Positions 27,510 to 40,587 of a stretch of 64,000 nt of DNA are shown here, in pieces. Positions within the stretch are counted from its first letter, which is position 1. Each line of letters begins with the position of its first letter. The stretch spans positions 15,438,001 to 15,502,000 of the forward strand of contig JBHGNT010000003.1 in NCBI GenBank assembly GCA_043228905.1, given 5' to 3'. A program made the translations under genes and the position numbers. This DNA is from Azolla caroliniana. Its lineage: Eukaryota > Plantae > Polypodiophyta. A model generated the notes under the pieces. That model worked only from the letters and a program-made list of their open reading frames with translations, was not told where the DNA came from and did no database searches.

Positions 27510-27870
27510 ATGTTTTTCATCATCAAATAATTTAGCTTCTCAAAACAATATGTTGCCTCTGTAGTAGAAAGATTTGTTAGCATCTCTAACAAGAGATTAC
27601 ATGTTTTCATCATCAAATAATTTAGCTTCTCAAAACAATAGGTTGCCTCTGTAGTAGAAAGATTTGTTAGCATCTCTAACAAGAGATTACATGTTTTCAT
27701 CATCAAATAATTTAGCTTCTCAAAACAATAGGTTGCCTCTGTAGTAGAAAGATTTGTTAGCATCTCTAACAAGAGATTACATGTTTTCATCATCAAATAA
27801 TTTAGCTTCTCAAAACAATAGGTTGCCTCTGTAGTAGAAAGATTTGTTAGCATCTCTAACAAGATATTAC
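27510..27870. repeat. 90-bp minisatellite, 4 near-identical copies
   Basis: Unit atgttttcatcatcaaataatttagc...ctctaacaagagattac starts at ~27510, 27601, 27691 and 27781. Confidence 0.95.
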
Positions 27871-29193
27871 ATTATAAAATGTTCTTTCATCTTGGATAAT
27901 AAACTAAAATAGATCCGGATATAAAACTGCCTAATGTATATCCACAATATACAGACATTCCATGTTCTTGAGAAAAATGTACATTTCTCTTAGCTATGTT
28001 GTGAGCTTAGATGAACTGAACCCTGCCTTCAAAAGATCTCCAACTTGGGCTGGTGCAAGATGGACAGGTCTCTGAATCGAGTAAAGCACCTTTGTGTCTG
28101 GTGATAATGACCTTGATTTATAGATGCATGGGTGATGAGAATAACGGGAGGCATCTGTGCACAATATTTGCTATTTGGCTGGTCATAATTGAGATTCCAC
28201 TTGTCTGTTTTTTATTGACCTGTAACGTGGATTGGAGGGTCGATCAAGGGCAATACACAAGCTGGAAAAGAATAAAAGCTCAAGGTACGGAAGCTAATAT
28301 ATTACCCACGCTTGCTTGGTGTTACACCATGACCTTACCTAGATGTACTGTCCAATCTTTCTTTCTAGAATGTGATTCCTTTCTTCATTAATTTTTTATT
28401 CTTTCATATCCATGTATAGATCATTGTCTCCATGGGTGCATTTTGTGCATTTTCTCACCCTGCTGGATACAGATAAATCTCCTTGAGATTTAGTTAATTG
28501 GTCTCATTATAAGAACAATGCTACCTATCTGATGTAGCTTAGGCGCCATTCTGTAAAAGCATCCAGATTGTATTGTATAATTTTGCAGTATATGAAATTA
28601 GCACAATAACATCCGCAATAGGTTGTAATATGGGCATGAGAATCCCTATATGAGGAGTTTGGGTTCATGAGAGATCACATCAATATAAATGGCAAAAGAG
28701 TGAATTCAGGCCAGTTGTCCTATGTTAGAGGGAACATTTGGTTGGAGACACATTCTAACTGACACTAGACTCGTAAAAATCCTAGTTCTGATTGACCCCA
28801 AAACCAAGGTCTAGTCTATGGAGTCAACATGAGCCAAGAACTTGGTACTGGCTTTGAGGAAGTTCAGAATGCAGCAATAGATCCTCATTTTATGGGCTTT
28901 ATGGGCAATACTAGGAAAACTTTGCTGATAATGTAACTTGTTTACATGCGTGCTCATTGTCAAGGCTAATAACCATTAGTTGAATGTATGTTGACAGGCT
29001 AATAAGCTGTAAAGTTTTATGGATGTCACTGGACACCTGTGTATGAGACCAGCAGATAGTTTTATGAAGTTTGTTATTTGGTATTTTGTTGTATCATAAT
29101 AATTCTGGTGATGTCATTGTTGTATCCTACTTGTGTATAATCGAGATTGAGAAAATCAATAAATAAAAAGTTATGCCAAAAAGTTCTGTGGAA

Positions 29194-29741
29194 ACTCTTT
29201 TTAAGTACTGTACATTAAAGCATTGAAATGCAAATACACTTACGAACCTGTAATAATAGTGAGGGTCTTATGCCAATTTAAACCCTATTAATGCAATCCA
29301 AGACTCTTTTAAGTACTGCATTTTAAAGCATCGAAACACAAAAACCCTTGATGTACCTATAATAATAACGAGTCTCTCTCTCTTTTAAGTACTGTATTTT
29401 AAAGCATCCAAACACAAAAACCCTTGATGTACCTATAATAATAATGAGTTTATCTCTTTTAAGTACCCTGTTTTAAAGCATCCAAACACAAAAACCTTCA
29501 TGTACCTATATTAATAATGAGTCTCTCTCTTTTAAGTACTGTATTTTAAAGCATCCAAACACAAAAACCCTTGATGTACCTATAATAATAATGAAAGTCT
29601 TATGCTAAGTTTAGCCCTATTAATGCAATCTAAGACTCTTTTAAGTACTGATATTAAAGCAAGCCTTAAAACAAAACCCTCGATGTACCTATAATAATAA
29701 TGAGAGTATAATGCCAAGTTAAACCCTATTGATGCAATCTA
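29194..29741. repeat. minisatellite, 6 copies with ~75-bp and ~108-bp unit variants
   Basis: Core ctcttttaagtactg..aaagcatc.aaacacaaaaacccttgatgtacctataataataatga, in long-short-short-short-long-long order. Confidence 0.9.
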
Positions 29742-30365
29742 ATATTGGTTGACATAGAAGGGACTATTTGAGGACATGGTGTGCCCAAACCTCAACTCCC
29801 AAATCAGTTTTCTTTTTACCTTACTCCATGAAGAATCAAATAAAAATCCATTTTGCATACTCCAATTGTACTATAGGTTCCAATATATAAGGTAGTAATT
29901 ACCATAAGATACTAAGGCTTTTAGCTCCTTAAGAGAAAACCAATTAAAAGGATGACTACTTTTTTGTAGTCAATGATGCCCTAATTTACAACATAATGGC
30001 CCAAATGGTTTTGGCGTTTGTCCAACATAGTGGCTGAGATGAATCTGGTCCAAAACGGGTGAAAACCCACATTTTAAATCTGACTCCAACCAAGCTCTAC
30101 ATCCTCCCCCCTCTCTCTTGTTTGCAATGAATGGAGAACACCTAACTAGATGATCTTAGAAAAAGATATCTAAGTAGCATTTTATTTTAGAGCATATGGC
30201 AGAAGAATGAATGTACATCCATCTAAATGACAAGGTAAAGTCCACGTGACTTTTTTCTGTTGATTCCATATAGAGCATGTAAAATTTGGCAAAACATAAC
30301 TAAAAATATATGACCAAAATAGGGGGCATCTAAGATTAGGCATCAAGACAATAAACCGAAGTCAA

Positions 30366-30999
30366 TAGAAATATTGGGAATCAATTAGATAGGTGTATAG
30401 AGTTACAACCATAGAGATGGATATATGAAAACAAAACTTCAATTACATATGAGAGTAGCTCATAATGGTAGTTCACCCATGTGCTCAGACCTTAGAGCTT
30501 AGATGGGATCTGGACCAGCACACTACAAAATTAGTGGGGACTGATGATCAATCCAACCACTGTGTAAGAAAGTGGATTATATTCTATGTTTGGTCTGAGT
30601 ATAACATTAAATGTGCAAGTCAGTTGATAGTAGTGGAGATATTCCTTTTCTATCAACTGACTTGTCATTTAATATGACCCAACTCCCTAGATATAGGCTA
30701 GTCCTAGATAGTACTTATCTTGAAGTCAATGGCACATACTTCAAGACTAAGTACATCGCAACTTGCCCACAAAATATTCTAGTTTACTTAATTAGCTAAT
30801 CCTATTACCTATTTCTCTCTTTCCTAAATACATTGTGTCCTACGCATCTACGATTTCCTAGATTAACACCTTATCGACCCATATGGTCTAATTGCACACT
30901 AGCCGCTCCTCATTTGGGGCGCTATCACAAAATGTGCACTCTAAGAGCACATATGGGGATAGATTTACAACTTGGGGCTGATCATTGATTTATCTAACA
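30366..30999. mobile_element. ~635-bp dispersed repeat, probably a solo LTR (copy 2)
   Basis: Collinear with 1116-1759; ends TATCTAACA. Confidence 0.6.
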
Positions 31000-31428
31000 C
31001 AAAATAGGGGCCATCTAAGATTAGGCATCAACATAATAAACCAAAGTCAAGATAATAGTGGGGCATTGACATCATGGATAACAATAGTTTGGAACTTCTA
31101 GATTCTAAAACATTTTTCCTTCATACCTCATACAAGGGATTGTATTTTTGTTTGACATCATGGATGCACACTTTCCAACATTGAATGGTTCAAAGTTTAT
31201 GAAAATTCGATTCCTTGTAGATAAATAGACCAAACTTGACTTGGTAAACTGAAAGTGGATCCCCAACAACACACCTTGATGTATGACATAGCTTCGACAA
31301 GATTGGATGTCTTAGATCAAGCCTTAACTACATAAAAGAAGACATGTTTTTGTTTTTTGTCTTTGCAAGCAAGCAAGTATTTGTACTCTTGATCAATTGT
31401 CGATGCCTAATCTTAGGTGCCCCCTATT
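31000..31428. mobile_element. putative MITE / TIR-element remnant
   Basis: AATAGGGG.CATCTAAGATTAGGCATC at 31003, its inverted copy at 31402-31428, and a third direct copy at 30318. Confidence 0.5.
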
Positions 31429-32902
31429 GAGTTGATGCTTGTTTTTATATTAGACAAGTTTATTAAGGTTCTTTAAATTTTTGAAAAAAGAATAAGTCTG
31501 ATTTGCACCATAGTAAGTTTATGGATAATATAGCCACATGACCAACACCTCTATACTTGGACTGCAATTTGAATTGTACAACATTCAGAAATAACACTAT
31601 CGTTTAACCAAGTCCATAGTACAATAACATACTTAAGCACTCATATGTATTACTTCCAATTTCAATTTTTCTTTTACCTAACACCATACAAATACTCAAA
31701 TGTGATATAGATGAGGATTGGCATGTTGGATTTCAATACCCATCTTCAAAAAAACAACTATTCATTTCCCAATGACAAATATCATCTACAATGTATACAT
31801 AGATCTTCCTAATGACCACTAAATTGACAGCAATGACATATACAATTTCTTAAATGACCATTGAGGCATGAACATGTCTACACAGCATTCACCCAGCCAA
31901 ATGCTAGGACTACTTTGTAACCTCTCACAAGTAACATACATAATTTCAAAGCATATCAGGACCCAAGACACTAGTTTGAATGCATGAACAATGTTTGTGT
32001 TGAGAGATGGATTGCAGTTTCCTCCCCAGGGCCTTAGCATAACTTCTACCCAATCACTTGGCACACCACGTCTTTTTTTTGTTGTTGCAAGCTAAAGTTA
32101 CACAGTCAGAGTCAGCAAATAAATATTATCACCCCTCACCATATGTTCGGGTATCCCAATTTTGATGAAGTTGACACTATTCCAATTTGATTGAAGATGA
32201 CAGTACCACTGACAGGTTTTTTAATGCTCCACATCATCTTCTTACATGCAAGATTGCAATGTTTTTCCACATACATCTTGATTTATAGGCATCTAAATCT
32301 ACAAAAATGATATGGCATATAAATTCCAAACTCACTACATTACCATAGAATTAGGCATCACTAACCCGGAATTAGTTTTCGATACAAGCCAAACAGGATA
32401 ATCTGATGTTAATATGATGAACAGGGACAATAAAACAGAAAGAAATATAAAAACAAAAAAATATTTATAGCCTGAAACCAGTACTCCTTGGAGAGTATGA
32501 AGAAAACGATTGGTCGTATATTACTTAGATCAACGAAGTTCAGTCAAATCCAAAGAGTACTAAATAGACATTGAAATGTATGATAAGCCCATTCTCACTC
32601 TGTAGAAAAATGGTTACAATACATTATTGGATGCAATATCCGTTAATAAATAAGGAAGTTGTTTTATATATCTTATTTTCCATCATCATCATTCATCCGA
32701 AATTTCTCCTTGAAACTATCCTGTTGTTGCAACCACATTATATGTGCCTGCATACAAGTATCACATTAGAAAAGAATACATGTACATCTACATACCCCCA
32801 CAAAGCAGAGCATAACAAGTAAAAAGAAAAAGAAATCTTTTCTTCACAGAACTGGACCAAAATAATCAAGAATTTAGTGTGTATGCATGTGATAAGTGAA
32901 CT

Positions 32903-35106
32903 AGAAAGAAAGAAAGAAAGATATATTAACGTCTTTTAAGAGGCCAAAATGGCCTATAAGCCAAATAAGAGATTACATCTTGAGTGTTGTCTCGTCTTTG
33001 AGAACAAATCAAAATAAAATAAGTACTACAGAGTAAATATAAAAGTAAATAAGACGAAAAGAGAAGAAATGAGGGAATCTGGTTTTTGGCACATGTGAGA
33101 TTCTCAAGTTAGGTATATTGTAGCTTTTGTCTTCGAAAGATCTCTAGCATAGGTTGATCCAGAATGGAAATGTCTCCGAAGCGAGGGACGCACCTACGAT
33201 GGCGGGAGATAATGGCTTTTATCTGTCGATGACAAGGGTGTCGAGGTCGTGGTCCATGGGGGCGGGGCCTTCGTGCACGGCAAATTGCTATTGCCCGATC
33301 AATTGTAACCCCTTTGTTATGCCCTGGTCTGGAGCCCATTTGTGTATCCCGTGATGAACTTATAGGAATAGTAGGAGTGTGATGGGGCTAAAGAAAGTTG
33401 TGATTGTTCTTTGTGGATGAGCTTGTGTGGCTGTATTCTTCAACAACTTTTCCCGATGTCTCTTGAGCTCTAGCAAGAAAAATCCTAGGCATCGTTGGTC
33501 TTCATATTCCATTACCTTGCGTAGTGGGCCAAAGCCTTGTTTAAAGAGGCAATGGTATCTCCCTCTAATTTCATAAAAGACACTACAATGACAAACATAG
33601 TGTTCCTCAAATTCCACTCCTTGATGACATAATTAGCAAATTCTCTCTTCTAGAGGTAGTCGTGTATATCTGCCTAACTCAATCTGTAGCTGATGTGATG
33701 AAGTTCGTAGCTGCCCTATCACACTATGCAGCACATAGAATAGATGTATGTCCATATAAGGTGGCCTGATGACGAATCCATCCTCCAATGTATGTAAGAA
33801 GTGCGTCTTATAGTGGGCCATCTTTGTACCAAGTGGTATTTTGGGGCTGATCCATGTTATCTTGTTTTCCAAGTTAATAATATCAGTCCGGATCACTCTA
33901 TTCTTTTCCACTTTGGTCATATTTAGGTGGGGACAGTCCAAACTATATTGGAACGGCGGTAGTGCATTTATACTCATGCCATGTGACTCGAACCATTGCT
34001 GCATTTCAGCATACCAACAATGAGTGTCTCCATTTTCAGCTAGTTGTCTTGATGGCATAAGTGCCAACCTTGGGTACCTTCGTTTAGGTAGCTCCCAAAG
34101 ACGTTAATGTCACTGATCAGAACAATGGCTCGGTTATTATGGGTGCTGCTCCCATCTCTGCCCGGATTATATCGTGGGGCACCGATGCTTTGCTCCTTAT
34201 CATGCGAGCAATCATTGACACTAAAGGTCTCTCTAAATCTTTCCAATGATTTGCCTTGTTAAGACTCGGTCCCCACGTTTCTACTCCATAGAGAAGAGTT
34301 GGTGTGACAAGTGTATCAAATAACCATAGCTTAGTCCGTGGCTCTTGGAACTGCAGATGTGCACATTGTCTCTCGAGAGCACCAAGGGCTGCATATCCAC
34401 GAGAAAGTCGGGCACAAGCAGCCTCCTATAAGGAGAGCCTAGGTCCTGTAAATGTTACTCCTAGGTATGTGCAGGAGCGTGTGTATTCCACCTTTTTGGA
34501 AATCCACAAAGCAGCAATAAATCCTCTTATTCTGGGCTCTGCCCTCCTCAATAAGGGCCCAGAGGGTGAATATGTGATCCAAAGTTGTGAACCCCTTCCG
34601 AAAGCCTGCCTGTCCAACTGAACGGCAGCCATTTTGCTCTGCCCATATACTCAATTCTGATTCTAGAATCGACCCATATAGTTTAGCCAATTAATGGCCA
34701 ATCATGATTGTCCTATAGTTGCTTGGCATCATGGGGTCTCCACTTTTGAGAATTAGCACAATGGTATGCTGAGTCCATATAGTAGGTAAACCTTCACACA
34801 TGGCTCAATTAAAGATGTGTGCTAGCAATGGAAGCAAGGTGTCGTGTGCATAGATAAAGTGCTCACCCACCAATCCATCATGATCTTGGGCCTTCCCAAA
34901 TTGTAGTTGATCAATGGCATTTCTTACATTTTGTGGTGTAAAGAAGGTTGATTCATGTGGGCGTGAGGCATTCGGGTGGGGAAGAGGAGGTTGCCCTGGG
35001 ATATCATATAGAACCTTTGCATATTCATGCCACACCTGAGGTGAGGTCAGTTGTGTGGTGGGTTGCCTCTCATTAAACATTTTCCATGCTCTTTTACTCG
35101 AGTTTC
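32903..35106 (-). mobile_element. 5'-truncated RTE/RTEX-like LINE with an internal RT deletion, 3' UTR and (TTTC)n tail
   Basis: GKAQDHDGLVGEHF, QAGFRKGFTTLDHIF, YCCFVDFQK joined directly to EYTRSCTYLGV; C-terminal LRTSSHQLQIELGRY..R.C..C...EEHYVCHC; tail at 32903-32920. Confidence 0.85.
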
Positions 35107-35339
35107 TATTGGCCAGAAAACACAGAGGAATAGATTTGGTGGAAAATGCAGGGAATCAGATTTGGCAAAGAACGCAGAGGATCAGGCATTGCAGAAAATG
35201 TAGAGGACATACATTGCAGAAAACGCAGAGACAGAGACAAAGCCTAAACCCTAAACGCACAGAGAGAGAGAGAGAATTATATACAAAGGAGCATAAACTA
35301 TACTAAGAAAAATAAAATAAAATAAAATTATAAAGAACT

Positions 35340-38013
35340 GTCCAAATTTGGCTGCAAAAGAGGCAAAGAAAAAAGTTTGCAAATCTTGTGCAGAATGAAG
35401 AAAGGGCATTTACTACTATTTGCAGTTTTGACCCATCTTCACTTGAACAATGTATGTCTGTTGTACAATCAGATGTTTGGTACTTCGATAGTGGGGCAAC
35501 CAAACATATTACCTCGCAGCGCAATTTCTTCACTTCATTGGAGCTTGGCATGGCCAAAAGCCATCTGTTGCTCATCTGCGTGTTTTTGGTTGTTTGGCAT
35601 ATGCATTAGTGCCTAAACAACAATGCGAAAAATTGGATAAAGCAGTGAAATGTATTTTTGTAGGATACAGTTCTGAAAGTAAAGGCTATTGTCTATATCA
35701 TCCACAATCTAAACGCATTTTGGTTAGCCATGATGTTGTTTTTGTGGAGGATGCAATTCAGCCACTTCTTTCATGTACGAAGGAGACATCAGTTAGCTCC
35801 AGAGATGTGTATGACACTTTGTTGCCTCTGTTTACAAGTGGACAGTTAAGTGTTGGCCCACTTGAGGCACCTTCTCAGCCTTTGGAAGCTACTCATAATG
35901 ATGCAGATCATTCCATTTCTGATGTAGATCATTCTATTTCTGATGCAGACTTACATGACGCACTTATTAATGAGAGGGCTGATATAGAGGAGGCAAAAAC
36001 TGTGCCTAAATGGCTGTTGCAGACTTTGCAAGACAGTAAATTGGACTTTCCTTTCTCATATCGTACTCATTCAGGTTATCATAGTGCTTCTTTTGCATCA
36101 GATTGTTATGATATGGCTGCCTCTAGTCTTTGCGATGAGAATGAGCTTGTTTCTTTTGAAATGAAGCACAAAATTCAGAAAATTGGATGGCTGCTATGCA
36201 ATTAGAATATGATGCTATTATGAAGACTGGTACATGGTCTTTATGTGACTTGGCTCCTGGCAAGAAGGCTATTGGCACTAAGTGGGTATATAAGCTAAAG
36301 CATAAACTTGATGGAACAATTGACAGGTATAAGGCTAGGCTTGTTGCGAAAGGTTATGCCCAAGAAAAAGGCATTGATTTTTATGAGACCTTTGCGCCCA
36401 CCTGCCGTATGACTACTATTCGTAGCATCTGTGCAATTGCAGCTCATCATGGTTGGAATGTACATCAGTTGGACATTAAAACAACATTTCTAAATGGTGA
36501 TCTTCATGAGAAAGTGTATGTATCCCAGCCCCGTGGTTTTGTGCAGAAAGGGCATGAACACAAAGTGTGCAGGTTGAGAAAGGCATTATATGGTTTGAAG
36601 CAAGCACCACGTTCTTGGTATGAAAAGATACATGCCTATTTGATTGCATTTGGGTTTGAGAATAGTCCAACTGAAAGCACCTTATATGTTAAGCATGTTG
36701 ATGATATATTTCTGATCATGGTTGTGTATGTCGATGATATGTTGCTCATTGGTCCCAATGAGAAGCATATTGCTGACTTTAAGGCTGATTTGCATGCCTC
36801 TTTTGAGATGTCAGATTTGGGGCATTTGCATCATTATTTGGGCATTCAATTTATGCAAGTTGATGGTGGAATAGCTTTGTGTCAATCAAAATACATTGAC
36901 ATATCATTGCAGCGTTTTGGCCTTGAAGACTGTAAACCTATTGCCACTCCCATGGAGACAAGTTTACGTTTGAGCCTTCATGATGCTGGAGATGCATTTG
37001 ATGCTGTTCTCTATCAGCAAGCAGTTGGATGCTTGATTTATTTATGCATAACCCGACCTGATATTCAGTTTGCTGTCTCTCCGATGAGCAGGTTTATGCA
37101 TTACCCAGGAGTTAAGCATTGGCAGGAAGTTAAGCGCATCTTTCACTACTTGAGTGGTACCCGGTCACTAGGGTTGTTTTATCCCAAGGGGGGAACACTA
37201 CCGCCAGACCCGCATGCTTTTTCTGACTCTGATTGGGCTGGTTGTTATGACACTCGTGTGTCCACAAGTGGTTTTTGCTTCATGCTTGGTAGCTCATGCA
37301 TATCTTGGTTGAGCAAGAAGCAGCCTACTGTGGCCACTTCTAGTTGTGAGGCTGAGTATAGGGCAGCTTTCACAGCTACAATTGAGTGTGTGTGGCTCAG
37401 ATGCCTTTAAGCTGATTTGGGTGTTGGTCAGTCTTCTACCACCACCATCTTCACTGACAGTCAAAGCGCAATGGCAATTGCGAGGAACCCTGTGTTCCAT
37501 GCTCGCACTAAGCACATTGAGGTGCATTATCAATATGTCAGGGAAAGGTTCTCCGCCAGAGAGATCAGTTTGGCTTATGTGCCCACGCAAGAGAACATTG
37601 CAAACCCCTTCACAAAGGCTCTGCCTAGGGAGAAGTTTGAAGCTTTCCGCAAAGCTTTAGGCCTACTTCCATTTGTGGATTGATCTCTATCCACATAGCT
37701 TGGCCCTTGCTTAGCCATGAGTGCTAGCTCCATGTTCACCGCATCACTCCCAAGGGGGATTTGTTGACATATTTCGGTAGTGATGTGTGTGAACACACTT
37801 AGGACAGTGCTGTGTGAACACACTTAGGATAGTGATGTGTGTGAACACACTTAGGACAGTGATGTGTGAACACACTTAGGACAATGATGTGTGAACACAT
37901 TTCGGACAACAGGGGCATTTTTTCCCTCTTTAGGAGGCTTTTTCCCCCTGTCTATATATACTCTCATAACCCTAAAGTGGGTAAGTTTTTTGGGATTTAA
38001 AGCAAGAACCCAA
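35340..38013 (+). mobile_element. truncated, internally deleted Copia (PR fragment, INT end, RT, RNase H, PPT, 3' LTR 37762-38013)
   Basis: WYFDSGATKHIT, HLRVFGCLAY, YVDDMLLIG and RTKHIEVHYQYVRE motifs; PPT AAGGGGGA at ~37752; LTR TGTTGAC...CCCAACA. Confidence 0.88.
37779..37907 (+). repeat. 5 tandem 25-27-bp repeats inside the Copia LTR
   Basis: Unit agtgatgtg(tg)tgaacacacttaggac. Confidence 0.9.
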
Positions 38014-38575
38014 CACTCTTTCCATAAATTAAAACCACTGCCTTCAAATCTCTTGATCTCAAAGAAGCTCTTGAGATTAAATGATGTAGTAGTCATGTTT
38101 GCACTTAACAGTTTAAAAAAAAAATCACCAAAAAAGGTAAAATCATCTAATGTTATGTGCACAATCACTTGATGAGATAGAAATTCTTCACGATGAAACT
38201 CTCTTGCTCTATTACCATTTGAAAGAGAGATGATGTGATGGCATGGTCAGATCCAAAACACAAAGGGAGTGGGCTATTGTGTGCGGAGAAAGAAAGTAGA
38301 GAAAACTGTTCACAAAAATGGAGAGGAAACTCTAGCCGCTAAAGTCCCTATCTCATTATTATTCATAAGTAACTTTTAGGTCATTTTCGCATGTTCACAC
38401 ATGGCCAATGACCAAAAGTTATAAAAATAATGTAAATGTCTATAACCCCTTAAAAGGGGACCAAAGATAAAGTAAAAGTATGTCTAGAATGTCTAGAGAG
38501 GTCTCAAAGAGAGCTTTCACATGGAAGGGTCAAAATATACTAAAATAGGAGTCCTTGTGGCCTTTATCCCCAACA
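38014..38575 (-). mobile_element. 5' end of another Copia (LTR 38220-38575, PBS, gag start)
   Basis: Minus-strand LTR TGTTGGGGATAAAGGCC...TTTCA; PBS TGGTAATAGAGC; gag MTTTSFNLKSFFEIKRFEGSGFNLWKE cut by the LTR ending at 38013. Confidence 0.75.
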
Positions 38576-40206
38576 CAATGCACTTCTTCACAGGCCACTC
38601 CATCCTTAATAGTTCATGAATGGAGCCTTCTTTACAGGTTCTTAACATATAAATTCGCCGAATTATTTGTGCTTACTGAGTCCTTGGCGTGTGCAATGAG
38701 CACACCAATGTAAATAATCGTAGAGCATACCTCGAGTGATGGGGCGTGCATAAACTCTAGCTTGGATGCACTTAAAGATTGAAAATTTAACACTACTAAT
38801 AGTAAAGGAATAGGAAAGACACAAAAGACAAATAAAATCACAACTCATATACTGCTATTTTCTGGGGAAAAGATTACTGATTTGATTACCCCTAGGATTA
38901 AGGTAGTTGTAAATTTATATTTAAAGCATGTGAATAACTGATTCTTCTATCTGAAGGTTGGTAAAGGTGATCGAGTCCAAAAATTGTGTTGCATAAGCAT
39001 GATGGCTGGGACATAGGGCCCGAGTCAAGCATGCATGCTTACTTAGATCTACGTCAAGACTGCTAACATGTGTAAGCAATGTTAATAGCTTCCAATACTT
39101 GCAATTTTCTTGCAACCTTTTATATGATAGCATCCGCTGACCAGATAGGATTGAATTGTTTGTCTAGGGTAATGGAACAGAATCTATTGGTTAACATGCA
39201 GTTTTCATCTTCAGCATGGCCTCATTTTCAAAATAAAATTACACCTGGTGTTGATATTTACTCCACACATAATACTTTAATAGGAGTATTTACATCCCAG
39301 AAGACAATTTCCATGACCAATCGAGTAGGAGTTAGGTTGGCCTGCAACTGAACACCCTCATTTCGATATGTTTAGATGAAAACCTACACCCATATAGTTG
39401 TCCTTAACTTGGGTGGCCTAAAACCAAGTTATGACCTATTTATAACTATTTCTCCCCCCTTTGTCAGTCTTTCATCCATCTCTTCTCTCACTCCTCATGT
39501 ATGTTCATTTCAGTTTGTATCCCCACAGCCCATTCACATGGTTTCTTGTTGGCAGTTCAGAGACTTGTACACTCAGTTTCTTACGGAGCTCCTGATGTTG
39601 TATCTGTTGTACCTCATCTCTAATATAGATTGGGAGCTCAGCTCTCAGTCATAAATTTCTTTGAACGTGGTTTGCATTGACCATGTTCATTTGCATCAAT
39701 GTCTCCATCCTTTTCTCTCTGTTTCTAGTGTCCAGTATTAACAGCCCAGTGTTGTTTTCTTAAAATGGCTCTAATCGTATAGCAAATCTTTCAGAAATCA
39801 TTGTTGACACTGCACAGGCATGATGGCATCCAACTCCCCATGTTTTAATTTCCCCATTTTTCTACGAAAATCCAACCTAAATGGATGATGAACTATGACA
39901 TAGGGAAATCATCGATAAATAATAATTGTGTCTTTAACAGCATGTTGAACATTGTACCTGGCCCATTCTATTACCCAGGAACTTGGAAGTTCGGGTGAAG
40001 GATCAGGGTCATGTCCTATGTAGGTGGATCACGAGACATTTGAAGACAAGGCATTCCACACATCATGTGTGCAGCGTGGGAGTTCAAGAATATCCAATTA
40101 ACAGGCTTTAACTCCATCAATAAACTCCATTATGTGTGCAGCATGGGAGTGGTTCCGATCGAGGTTTGACTTTGGGCGTAGCCATTACAGCTCTCAGAAA
40201 GTTTAA

Positions 40207-40376
40207 TAGTTAGATAATATTTGGGCCATCAAACAGAAATAGTGGACTCCAAACGCACAGAGGCCTTATTGCTTTATGTTCAGAGTCCTTTATTTTTGTT
40301 AGATGGCTCAGTTAAGGTTGATGTGTACTCAGAGTCCTTTGTTTTTCTTTTAATGGCCCAAATATTGTCTGACCAA
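40207..40376. mobile_element. small MITE-like element with ~45-bp imperfect inverted ends
   Basis: tagttagataatatttgggccatc...ggactc versus gagtcc...atggcccaaatattgtctgacca. Confidence 0.5.
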
Positions 40377-40551
40377 TCTTAAGTACCAGATTTCATTCTT
40401 AATAAATGAACAAATAAACATATGTGCAATAAGTTTTCCACACATTCAAATTGACTATTCTCTCTCACGCCATACATCAAAGTGCACCTAAATTTATCTT
40501 CTTATTCAAAAGAAAAATTCACTCTTTCCAGGAACTCTGAGAGATGTGCAC

Positions 40552-40587
<36 letters not shown>

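Noticed and set aside
27446-27862. 138-aa repetitive ORF on the minus strand
   Set aside because: By-product of a 90-bp (multiple of 3) tandem repeat, with a non-ATG start.
30470-30540. 5S rRNA-derived (Cassandra-like) segment on the minus strand (ccagatcccatc)
   Set aside because: Only ~12 nt match well and the A/C boxes are not convincing. An Infernal search with the 5S model would be needed.
37779-37907. CRISPR-like array of short palindromic repeats
   Set aside because: The repeats are directly tandem with no unique spacers, lie in a Copia LTR, and there are no cas genes; the context is eukaryotic.
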